The notes under the pieces: model-generated
The model's database searches: none
The model's input: the letters and a program-made list of their open reading frames with translations, nothing else
What the model was told of the DNA's origin: nothing
Part shown: piece after piece, positions 53,328 to 64,000 of the stretch
How the letters are laid out: each line of letters opens with the position of its first letter
How positions within the stretch are numbered: the stretch's first letter is position 1
Translations under genes and position numbers: made by a program
Assembly (NCBI GenBank): GCA_053919585.1
Contig: CM132806.1
Length of the DNA stretch: 64,000 bases
Source: Euprymna scolopes
Taxonomy: Eukaryota
Direction: 5' to 3' (one strand)

Positions 53328-54165
53328 GGTCGCCGCGCCGTCTCGCCGGGAGATGCATCAGCTCCCTCACATAGGGAGTCGTTCGCAGTTGAGATGCTGC
53401 GCATTTGGGGTGACGTACCCCTCCTGCCTGGCATTGTGGCGGTTGCACTGGCCGCTGGCGCGGACCAAAGTGTAGTGGGGGAAAAGAAAACCCAGGGGAA
53501 TGGAGGGGGAGGAGGGGGAGGAGCGGACTTTGAAGAAATTAGAGTTTTTGACTTCCCCTCACGGGGATGTCGGGTTAGCAGCTCAGATCCCCCCGCGAGG
53601 GGGGAGAGCAGAGAAGAAAGACGCAGTGGGTGCTAGCGGGTCAGAGTGCCGCGTCGCAATTAAGAGAGAGAGGGGATAGGCATCCCTGCCCACAGAGGGG
53701 AGCAGAAACGAAGCACCCGCCCTACCCCACGTCACCCTACCCACTAACTTACCCCAACGGAAGCGAGAAAGAGAACCCTGTCTGCTCGATCCACTGGGAG
53801 AGCAGCGAAGATAGACAAAGTTTGGGCCTGGCAGGTCAGAGTGCTGCTCAGGCAATTAAGTGTGGAGAAATTAGACCATCCCCTGTCTCTAGAGGGAAGA
53901 GACCGGAACGAAGAAAAAACGCATGCAAAAAAAACAACAAAAGCAGGTCTCAACTACCAGCTAGTGGTGCTGGTCCCGAGATTCCAGTCTCCCAAAAAAG
54001 GGGATCGGTTTCCGGGTCCAAGCTCCCACAAATGTGGAGTCGGTCCTTTAGGTCCTGACTCTCCAAAGGAGGGGGTCGGTCATTGCTAACCAAGGTTAGT
54101 ATGAAAACACCTTAACCTAGCCCGAAAGCCCGGTGGCGGAAAGTTTAGTAACTGAGAGAACAGAT

Positions 54166-54394
54166 GGTATTTATTTGCTCCCCCACTGAGCAAATTAGGC
54201 ACAAGGCCGTTTTTAATGTGAGGTAAAAACCAGCTCCCCTAAAAGTAGGCAAAAAGGGGGCACTCTGGTTACCAAAAATAATAATAGTCCCAGTATAGAG
54301 GGTTTCCCCTCCATTGACTGGTACAAATTATCTTAAGTGCAGCATCTGCCGGAACAGACACTACACTTTGATCTTGTCCCGAAGGCCAAGTAGT
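54166..54394 (-). mobile_element. U2-headed short retroelement, subtype A copy 2
   Basis: Near-identical to 54419-54648, with its own head ACTACTTGGCCTTCGGGACAAGATCAAAGTGTAGTGTCTGTTC. Followed by ATCTGTTC. Confidence 0.8.
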
Positions 54395-54418
54395 TGTGCA
54401 GTATCTGTCGGAACAGAT

Positions 54419-54648
54419 GGTATTTATTTGCTCCCCCACTGAGCAAATTAGGCACAAGGCCGTTTTTAATGTGAGGTAAAAACCAGCTCCCCTAAAAGTA
54501 GGCAAAAAGGGGGCACTCTGGTTACCAAAAATAATAATTGTCCCAGTATAGAGGGCCTCCCCTCCATTGACCGGCACAAACTATCCCAAGTGCAGCATCT
54601 GTCGGAACAGATACTACACTTTGATCTTGACCAAAAGGCCAAGAAAGT
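54419..54648 (-). mobile_element. U2-headed short retroelement (SINE-like), subtype A copy 1
   Basis: Minus strand begins ACTTTCTTGGCCTTTTGGTCAAGATCAAAGTGTAGTATCTGTTC, matching the U2 snRNA 5' ~45 nt. Ends GGCCTTGTGCCTAATTTGCTCAGTGGGGGAGCAAATAAATACC. Confidence 0.8.
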
Positions 54649-54665
54649 TTATTACTATTAGTGTA
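54649..54665 (+). repeat. Right copy of 17-bp target-site duplication
   Basis: Identical to 46010-46026 and abuts the first base of the U2-like head. Confidence 0.85.
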
Positions 54666-55874
54666 ATCCAAGTTTTCAGTTTGCATCGCTCTTCCTGCCT
54701 CCTGGCAAGGTAAAGGTGTATTCTTATTATTAGATTTGTAGAAAAATCAAAATCGTTATTTATACGAATAAGCGTTGTTAGCAAATGAAATAGCTAGCTT
54801 AGGAAGCAATATGAAACCTTAAGCCACAATTATAGAAACGGTATAAATTGGTTTAGCTAACGAGGAAAACTTATAAAAACTGTTCACCCACGCAAAATAT
54901 TAGCTGAATGCAGACTGCGTTGACGGGATTAGCTTATCGAATCTGTATTGTGTGTAATGGCAGTTTCGGCGTCAAATTTCTACGATTCAGAGTGTAGGTC
55001 TCGGCAACAGGAATATGAATTTCGAGATTCTGAAAAATTTTATCGCATGATATGCATTGTTGATCAAATATAGTGGAAAAAGGAAAAACCATCTGCTTTG
55101 ATATGACAAAGTAAAAACCCTAGGTTTAATAGAATGGTAAAGAAGAATAGACGCAAACAGACAGCAACTATGTTGGTATATATTATAGGCGGTTCCCACA
55201 CCAAGTGTAAGGGAGTAAAACGAAAAAAAGTTTTAAAAAATATTATAAAATGAAATATTAAATGCGGTTTATCAGTAAAAATGTATTGAAATATGTTCAG
55301 CATGGTATACAGAAAGATAATTTCATAAAATTGTTGGTCAGAGTGAAGGAACGACTGTAAATAAAGTATCAAATAATAGAGCTGAAATATATTTAGATTT
55401 AGTCTGCAGGTACATGCTATTGACAAGTAGTTCTATAATGCTAAGAAGCGACTATGTGGTTACTGCAGTAGGAACAGTTTATGGGCATCTAGAGTTTTTA
55501 CTACAGCCGTGAGTTTGACACTTTATGACAGTTGAAGGCTTTAAGGCAGTTGAGAATTGGTAACAGTTGAACATAGCTCGAAGCTCGTTGGAAAGAAATT
55601 GACAGACCTACTGGTAAACACAGTCTCCACAGTAGAAATAGATGTGAATATTGGCGCTTGGGGGGCAGTTTGAGACAATGGTGTCGCACACAATCCTAAT
55701 CAACATATACGTAAAATGTCGAAATTGTTATTATTCCAATTTTATTTTATTTTTATACTTGGCAGCTCGTGCGATCCCATTTGACAGCCACAAGTGTAAG
55801 AAACTCCGACGATACGGCCATAAAAATAAGATCATGACAGAAAATTCTACAGCACATACAGTTTAGTATGCAAG

Positions 55875-55970
55875 TTAAACCAAGTGTTCGTTAGATTAGC
55901 GAAGTTAAGTGTCGTTGAGTCTACCCAATATTAGATTGGAAACAATTTAAGAATAATTGACGTTGTATGT
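55875..55970 (+). pseudogene. Degenerate 5S rRNA-derived sequence
   Basis: TTCGTTAGATTAGCGAAGTTAAGTGTCGTTGAG resembles 5S CTCGTCCGATCACCGAAGTTAAGCAACGTCGAG. Confidence 0.35.
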
Positions 55971-56540
55971 GTTCGGATATTGAATATGTATGATACAACA
56001 GATAGATGACGCCCTTACAATGCATAGTTTCAGGTCACCCTTGAGCAAGATATAGCACTGGTTAGCCGCCAATGAATAAACTGAGGGAATTGCCATACAG
56101 AGAATGAGCTTACCAGTCGTAGTGAAAGCAATATATTTAGTAAATTGATAGAGGTCTGTTGAAAAAAACCCAAAAGTATTGAATCTTTACAGCAATATTC
56201 TTGTGATGCTGTCACAATATTTCATTAGTAATAACATACGTCCTAAACGTCAGAAAAATATTATGAAATGCTTCCTTCAACCCGCTACTTAATTGGCTGA
56301 AAATGCGAAGCTCATTGTTTGTTTGTTTACGAACAGGCGATTTGAGCACTATAAAAATGGCGGGTGTCTATTTAAATAGACATTCCGAAGAGTTATTTAC
56401 GGGCGCCGATTCCATGGTCGAGTGAGAGAACTGCCGACTGTCAACACGACGGTTCTAGATTCAATTATTGGCTTGGGAGAGATAGTCTAGCGGCACTGAT
56501 GAGTCGTGATACAACGAAACAGGACTGTATGTCGATGACT

Positions 56541-56604
<64 letters not shown>

Positions 56605-56931
56605 GGAGTACTAAAGTTGGATATTGTAATTTATGAATCAGTTTTAAAATGAAAAACAATCAAATTATGTGTACGATCGTTTCGGAAAGCAGATTAATTT
56701 TATTAAAATAGAAAATAGTAATGGACAATAATTGACAAAGACTTTGTTTTAGAATGTTATCTCATCATCATTACAAAAAAAGGGGAGAAGTTTAAGACAC
56801 CAATATAACCTAGCATTTTTGTAGTATGTAAGGTTGGTAGTCCTTATTTAGTTTAATTAGAAAGTTTGATTTCAAGTTCGGCTGTAGATATGCGGGCATG
56901 TTGCTGTATTTTTGCCTCGAATGGTGTAAAC

Positions 56932-56975
<44 letters not shown>

Positions 56976-57439
56976 ATATATATTAAAAATATAATATATA
57001 TATGATATATATATATATGCATATATAGAATTATGTTATCAAATAAAATAAATTTAATAAAGAAAGTCTTATCAAGATGAGAAAAGCTCAACACAATTGA
57101 GAGAAGCAAGCAAATATATTACATGAGAGATGAGCATCAAAAGTTATATATAACATTGTTATATTATCGGAACAATAAATAAAAGTAAGAAAAAAACTTG
57201 TAGAAAAGAAAACTTTCATAAGTCGGGTTATTTTTTTATTACCTACAATTTACTATTATATATTGTCCACACCTTTAATATTTCTGCAGTTTTTTTTTTA
57301 CAAAATTACCTTTTTTATCTCTATACTAATTTATACCTAACCGTTACTAAGCCATCATTTATTTAATTTACATTTTATATAATTGTAGCTCTTTTCCTTA
57401 TATAAAGCATTCAGCTTCGAAATGCTATCGTCTAAAAAG

Positions 57440-58012
57440 ATTCATTACACATCTGGGCAGGAGTTGCTAAAAAAAAGCCTATCCTGCCTTGACAGAGCAC
57501 AAAATAGAATTCGTGGTTTAGTGGTGGATGCCCTTTTCTCTTCCCTGCAATCTCTCTCCCACAGAAGAGAGGTTGTGAACCTGTCTTTGTTTTATCGTTA
57601 TTTCCATGGCAGGTACTCGTCTGAGCTCCAATCCCTCGCCCCCCTAGCCCCCCTCGCCAATCTTTCACGAGAAATACCCGTCTTGCTGAAACTACTGTCA
57701 ATAATTTTCCCCACACTTTATATGTGCCTTAATCCAAAAGTAGATTCCATGGGCAAAGCTTCTTTTTTAAAACTGCACGACAGTGGAACTCTCTGCCGCT
57801 TGCCTGTTTCCCACCTGACTACAACTTGAACGTCTTTAAGTCCAACATAAACAAACTCCTGAAAAACCGCCCCTTTAATTAAGACACTCTATCAAACCCC
57901 CCAATACTAATGATTACTACAATAGTATCTCATTGATTACTGTACATGCAATAACTCTTATCCCTGGGTGGCCTTTGCGCCTTGATAAGTGGTGACCCCC
58001 ATGTAAAAAAAA
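57440..58012 (+). mobile_element. 5'-truncated CR1-group LINE copy
   Basis: Aligns to 20575-21100 (SLSCLDR, LFYRYFHGR) and ends in an A-rich tail. Confidence 0.85.
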
Positions 58013-58664
58013 GAAGTGTTTTCATTTATTTTCTAGGTTCTTGGCGACGTAATTATGCTTCCATTGACGCGTGAAAAAGGAATAGAGAATTTAGTTATTT
58101 TTGTGTGCATTTATTGATATTAAATTACAGACTGTGAATCCACCATCTACCTTTCACTAATCGATGGTTATAACCCTTTGAAGTTTAATTTTCTCGGAAT
58201 TTATAATATAAGTAAACATAGAAATTATTTGTTTTTTTTATCTTTATTGTTTATTGATAAAAATGTGCATTAATAGAACTGATTAATGAGGTTCTATGCG
58301 TTCTCAAAGCACAAGACCTCCTCGTTAATCGAAATTATGCCAGCATGTTCACAGTGCTCCAATCATCTCACGGCATTTTTTAGATACATGATTTCATTTT
58401 AAACATTCTTCCCTAAACAATATAATCAAATGTCGTTTTAATAATTCACTAGTCTTAAATATAAGATACAACTACATCTCACCGTTTATATTCATTTAGT
58501 CAGCCTGTCTTTTCACAACCTACTAGTATGTTTTGCTTATGGAGATTGCCACGAAAGCGTACGGGAAAGACCAAGGAATAGGTAAGTAAAAAAAGGTAAT
58601 TAAAAGAAGAAACAAGCGTAAATGGAAAAGATGTAAACAAAAGTATAGTTAGAAACTACGCTTA

Positions 58665-58945
58665 AACCTAAGCGTAGATCCAATGAACAAAATCTTTTTT
58701 CTTAGAAGTGCACGCCTGTGGAACTGTCTTTCGTTTTCCTGCTTTCCAGCTGACTACAATATAGTTGTCTTCAAGTCCAAAGTAAACAAGTTCGTGATGA
58801 GCCGTTCCACTTAAGTTAACAAATTTACCGAATTACCATTACTAACGATTACTATATTGTCCAATTGACTACTGTACACTCTTTACCCTTTTTCTCGAGT
58901 GGTCTCTGAGCCTTGATAAGTGGTGATGCCTATGTAACAAAAATG
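58665..58945 (+). mobile_element. 5'-truncated CR1-group LINE copy
   Basis: Aligns to 20850-21100. Still shorter 3' stubs at ~10120-10160 (+) and 62395-62450 (-). Confidence 0.75.
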
Positions 58946-59379
58946 TTAAATTTAAGACACGGCTGCCAAAAACTCGTTACTTCAAATGTCGACGCTTTGC
59001 TTTCAATGCTCAAATTCAAACTTTGACGCCCTGCTATCAAAAACTCAACAAAGGTCAATACTCTACCGTCAAACCTCAACTCTAGAAGACGTCACATTTG
59101 CTGACAATACTTGCTACTCTGACATCTAAATCTCAAATCAGTCCATTCTCTTAAATATTAGTTTTTTTTATTTCTAACCGGTAGAATGTCAATGGCATGT
59201 TATGTAACAATTTCGTAAGAATATAAAGAGAAAAGGCGGACGATTATTTTTATTTACTCTTATTGTTTTGTTTACACGAAAGTCTACAGATTACACACAT
59301 GCAGGTATGTACTAATTTTTTAAGTTCTTAATAAGGAAAGAGGAATTTATTTTGTCTTTGCTAGCATTTTAGATCACAC

Positions 59380-60900
59380 AACTAAAACAAAAAGAGACAA
59401 CTTTCTAAAAAATATAAAGGAGATAAAGAAGAGTAGATATGCAGGTTATGAAATAGAAATAGAGTAAAATCAAGAATCGAAGTAGCAGTAGATGATGAAA
59501 AATTTTAATAAAGAAAGCAGAATTAAATAAAGACTAAAAAGAGAAAGGATATATAAAAAAGTGAGAAAAGAACGAAAAGAAAAATAGAAATCGAAAATAG
59601 CAGGATAGAAAAAAGAGAAAAAGGAAAAAATGATTAATTAAACAAAATAAAAATAAAGGAAGAAAAACACCAATGTTAAGAATGAGAAAATGACGAGGAA
59701 GGATAAAAATGTTAAGATGTAATAGTATATGACGTACAAGTACTATAAGAAAAATGTGAAAAAGAAGAAAAGTGGGTAAAAAACTAATGAGAATAAAGAC
59801 GGGAAAGAGTAAGAAAAATATAAAAATACGGAATGAAAGTAGTGAAATAACACAGAATAATTATAAAATGTATACAAGAGAGAGAACGAATAACATGACG
59901 AAGAAAGTGAAAATGACAAAGTAGACGACAAGGAAATAGCAAAAGAAATACAATATTAATAAGCCGGCGAAGGATGATGAAAAGAAGAAAATATGTAAAG
60001 TAGAAGGGAAAGAAATGCAATGCTAATGGGAAGAAAAAAATGAAAGAATAAAGAAAGAAAAAAGAGAAAGAAGAAGACAAGAAAAAGTGAAAGGATTAAA
60101 GAAAATGAAAGAATGCATTACTGATAAGAAGAAGCAAAGGAAGAAAACGAAGAAACGGAAGAGAATTTGACAAGAAAGAAGTATGAAAAAAAGGTAAAAG
60201 CATAAACTAGTAAAACATAGCAGAGGGAGAAGACGAAGAAGAAGAAGAAGAAGAAGAAGAAGAAGAAGAAGAAGACGCAGAGGAAGAAGTGGCAGAAGAA
60301 GAAGAAGACAGATACAGGTATATATTACTAGTAAGAAGTGGCAGAAGCAGAAGAGGAAGAGTTAAAAAGATAAAAGAATAAGAAAAAAAAGAAGAATAAG
60401 ACGAAAAAGGAAGAAAAAAGAAGACGTCCTAGCATAATAATATAAATATATATAAAATCATAAACTACTAATTATATAAATATATATATATAAACTCATA
60501 AACTATAATATAAATATATATAAACTCATAAACTACTAATAATATGATATAATATAATAATATAAATATAGATAAACTCATAAACTACTAACAAGCATAC
60601 ATCGAAGAATGAGTGGAAGAAAATAAAAAGAAAGAAGGACAAGAAAGAAGTGTGACAAAGGCTCAGATAGAATGATATAATACTTATAAGAAACAATTGA
60701 AGAAAAAGACAAAAACTGGAGACATGTAATACTAATTGAACAAAAAGAAGACGAAGAAGCAGATGAACCAAAAAAAGAGTGAGAGAGAGCGAGAGAAGAA
60801 GAAAAATGAGCATAAGAAAAATAAAGGAAAGACGATAACGAATGTGTTGATAAATAAAAAGAAAGCCTAAAATAAAGAAGAACAATAGGAGGAAGTTGAA
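59380..60900 (+). repeat. Purine-rich (A/G, GAA) low-complexity tract
   Basis: Strong strand skew and (GAA)n at ~60235-60275. A similar tract lies at 21190-21530. Confidence 0.85.
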
Positions 60901-62571
60901 CTAATGTTACCTTTGCCATTGTTAGCTGGATATGTGCAGAGTAAAGAAGGGAAGTAATAAAGGCGCGCCACTTGCACAATGTGTGCAGTCGGCATTTCCG
61001 AGCGACATCGAGCGGAAATTATGCTTACTAATCTCAGCAATCTTAACTCAATGAAACCCGCAAAAGAAACGAGAGAAATGGAAACAGGTCGACATGGCGG
61101 ACGCTGATTAACATGGTATATTTCATCGGCATACGATGCAATGTATAATAACATGAAAGTCTACAGCGTTTTATATTAGATCTGAACCCTCCTCACTCAA
61201 AGGTCACATGGATCTAATGAGGTGCAAGAGGAACGTATCGATCATGTTGACGTATCACGATTAGGTACATTCGGAAACATGAGTCTAGATTCGTAGATGA
61301 AAGGTTAATAATTTGCATTTGTACGACAATAGGATATAATTATGATGGAACCCCTAAGGATGAAATCAAAAGTATGAGTTTCAAGGAATTAGCATTCTAT
61401 CGTTTTGGTTAACTGCAACACATATTTGTAAACGAGTCGCATAATTAATTGTACACAATGCTCTATTGTCAGCATTCGGATAATGTAAGTTTACATCTTT
61501 TTCAGAATTATTATTGAGAAAATATGCTTTTGTAGTAAATATTGATTGTTCATTTGAATACATTTGGCAATTAAAAACAATTACAATATTTATTTAAATT
61601 ATTTGGATGATTAAGACAACTATTATTTTGTTTAATATTTCCAATATTTCAAAAAAATTAAACTCAACCTAAAACAATTGGAAATATTCAACTCTATAAA
61701 AACATTAATAGGTTAATCAAAATTACAATGACCCCACAAAAGTGATCCAGCCATTTACCTATATAGAGAGAACGATTTTCTCGCTCTATTGCTCAACGTA
61801 TCTTGTGTAAAATATCTTGCAAAGTTCGAAAATAGGTTATGGGACTATATAAAATGAGAGAAACTCTCGTTTGACATGCTTCGAATATCCGCAAAGAAGT
61901 CGAATGTTGTTGTTCGACAACAACAAATATTAAACTTGTCATAAATAAAAGACACATTTTTGATTTAATCAATTATAAGCGATTTTATGGAGATGTTGGA
62001 CATTGCGCAATACGTTTTACCTCCATTATTAATCAGTACAAGCCTTTAAAGCCTGCGTTAGCCGCATGGGGTGTTTTGTCACCTAAATTTTGCTGATATG
62101 CTAATAATTCCTAGTTATTTATTTATTTCTTCCCTCCAAGTACTCTTCTTACACACGTTTATGGCACAGTTGCATATCAATTTTCTTTGGAGATAGACGT
62201 CGCTTTGTCCTTCTGTCATGTCCAGTAACCCCAGCTTATTAACGTACGGAGTATGTGTTTGTATATTTTTCCAGTTGGAATGAATATTTGTAGATACAAG
62301 CGCATATTATCTATCATTAGGGTACTCTGTAATAGTTAATAAGGACTTTGTATATGTTAGTTCTTTATTTATAGTTTTATTTTTATTTTTTTACAAGGTG
62401 GTCACCACTTATCAAGGCCCGGAAGCCACTCAGGGATAAGGGTTATCATACGGTTTTGGTATAGTTTAATATTTAATTTACAATTTATTCTTTTATCAAT
62501 CTTGTAATTATTTGCTTAGCTAAGGCAATATCATTATTATTTTTTGTGTTATATTTTATTTAATTGTATTA

Positions 62572-63320
62572 TTTTTGTCCCCCGACAAAAGGAGCGTGGA
62601 TCTGGACATTCACACTTGTCCATTCGCTCGTTTCTCCGCTCGTCTGTTCGATATTTTTCAATAACTACGGCTTGGAATTTTTTGAAAATCTGCACAAATA
62701 TTAAACATGATATGCGTAAAAAAGGAACAGAACGGATTTTCCGAGAAAACTCCGGTTACCCCACCCCCTAGGGGTGCCTTTCGGGGTAAAATTGCGAAAA
62801 TTAACACTTTTGTGCTTATTAAAAAAAAATTGAGGCCTCGGATTTTTATAAACCCTTCTGAAAAGTTGTAACTAACTGATTTCTAAGTAATTTTGTTTGT
62901 CTATATTTCGCGGTAACTCTTCAGTGTGTCCCAGGGGCTCTTTAAGGGCTAATAAAACACTCCATTTTGGGGACTATTTGATCATATTTGTCCAAAGTTT
63001 TATGTGTATATCTATTTAGCAGTTTTGTATAGTGGTGAACTCAACTTTAAATATGTTAAGCGATGGGGAATTTTAGGGGCTAGATGTGGGGGGCGCAAAT
63101 GATGAATATTTTTTGCATAGTGCAGAACCCAAATTTACATATGTTGACATATGTTAAGGCCTAAAACTGCACCGTTTGTTAATTTTCACTAGGATTTGAC
63201 GACCCCTGGGGACTTTGGGGGCTATATGGGAGAGGGCAAATGCTGAACTTAGTCATTTTTATATCCCGTTCAATGTGCACTCACGGGGGGGGGGGGCATG
63301 CATGCTTCATTTTTTTTTAT
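62572..63320 (+). mobile_element. Helentron-associated (HINE/DINE-like) non-autonomous element
   Basis: T-rich ends, subterminal TGTCCCCCG / CGGGGG..GCA, short CGTC-type repeats near the 5' end. Confidence 0.4.
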
Positions 63321-64000
63321 TAATATCAACAAGATACAAGTGATTCAAATCATTCAAATGGGACTATAGATATATCCTGAACCAATAGGATAACTGTATT
63401 TTACAAAATAATAGTACTATAAACATTTTTATACTGGCGGGTATAATGGGACTAACCATGTTTGGAACACCCAGGTGATTAACGCAATGTTGAGAATCAG
63501 CTCAAATTTTGTGTACACTCTTAAAAACAAGTTAGATCAAATACATAGAATATTTGTTATAAAATCATAATTGAAAAGTGTTAATTCTTTGTATAGTAAT
63601 GTGGGAACTGATCGTATAAGCACCAGTTCCAAGACATGCATAAAGGAATAGGAATCATCACAACAAGAAACCTCAAAATCGATGATGGGAATTTTATGTC
63701 CAAATTTTAAAAATGTGAACAATCTGTAACTAACAATTTTACTTAAAATAACGAGATGGATTATTCCCACTGAAACCGGGTATAATACATATAAGCTTTC
63801 GTTAACAATCGACGTTAAATTAAAGTATTTTGGAGGATGAAATTTAATACTTATTACAGGTGGTAATACATAAGAAGCTTATAAAATTACACGGTTGTCC
63901 AGTTTATAGCAGATGTGTTTAATTTGAATTTTGAATAGTTGTGATTTGCACAGAAAAATTAATACAGATGTAATTTACATGCGTTGTAAGAAAATTACTT

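Larger units (their letters stand above)
46608..54157 (-). mobile_element. Near full-length Tx1-clade (L1 group) non-LTR retrotransposon inserted in U2-snRNA-derived sequence (Keno-like)
   Basis: GC-rich 7.5 kb block with ~0.8 kb 5'UTR, ORF1 (CCHC knuckle), ORF2 (APE-RT-CCHC) and a 3'UTR ending AATAAAATATATAAA. Both flanks are U2-like: ATCTGTTC on the 5' side, CAAGATCAAAGTGTAGTATCTGTTC on the 3' side. Confidence 0.9.

Noticed and set aside
50728-54058. Long plus-strand ORFs (225, 167, 285, 180 aa etc.)
   Set aside because: Antisense shadows of the GC-rich LINE ORF1/5'UTR with no recognisable motifs.
46185-54648. CRISPR-like repeat-spacer array next to a reverse transcriptase
   Set aside because: Eukaryotic context, units of ~200-230 nt with duplicated bodies, no cas genes. 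Better explained as nested SINEs.
54605-54648. Functional U2 snRNA gene
   Set aside because: Similarity stops at about nt 45, the sequence sits inside a TSD, and the rest of U2 is absent.
56340-56460. Promoter-like AAAATGGCGG motif and an 18-bp palindrome
   Set aside because: No associated exon or gene evidence.
59743-60979. Hydrophobic membrane-protein-like ORFs (also 21156-21577)
   Set aside because: Translations of the pyrimidine strand of low-complexity DNA.

Overview
AT-rich metazoan (invertebrate) genomic DNA with six assembly gaps and many (TA)n/(TAA)n microsatellites. No host protein-coding gene can be supported. Most of the window is decayed transposons: mariner, an IR/DR Tc1, hAT-like, Helitron/HINE, CR1-group LINEs, R4/Dong-like, Penelope-like with hammerhead remnants, copia and gypsy. 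The main object is an 8.6 kb minus-strand composite at 46027-54648, bounded by a 17-bp target-site duplication. It contains a nearly intact Tx1-clade LINE plus five short (~160-230 nt) retroelements of three subtypes. These carry a U2-snRNA-derived head and are stacked precisely at the U2 junction GTGTAGT|ATCTGTTC, the known Keno/Utopia target region. They share a 3' motif with the LINE and fold the U2 branch-point-recognition sequence into a hairpin. This looks like a self-targeting U2-derived SINE/LINE system that carries its own landing pad. All family assignments come from motif recognition by eye; no database search was run.
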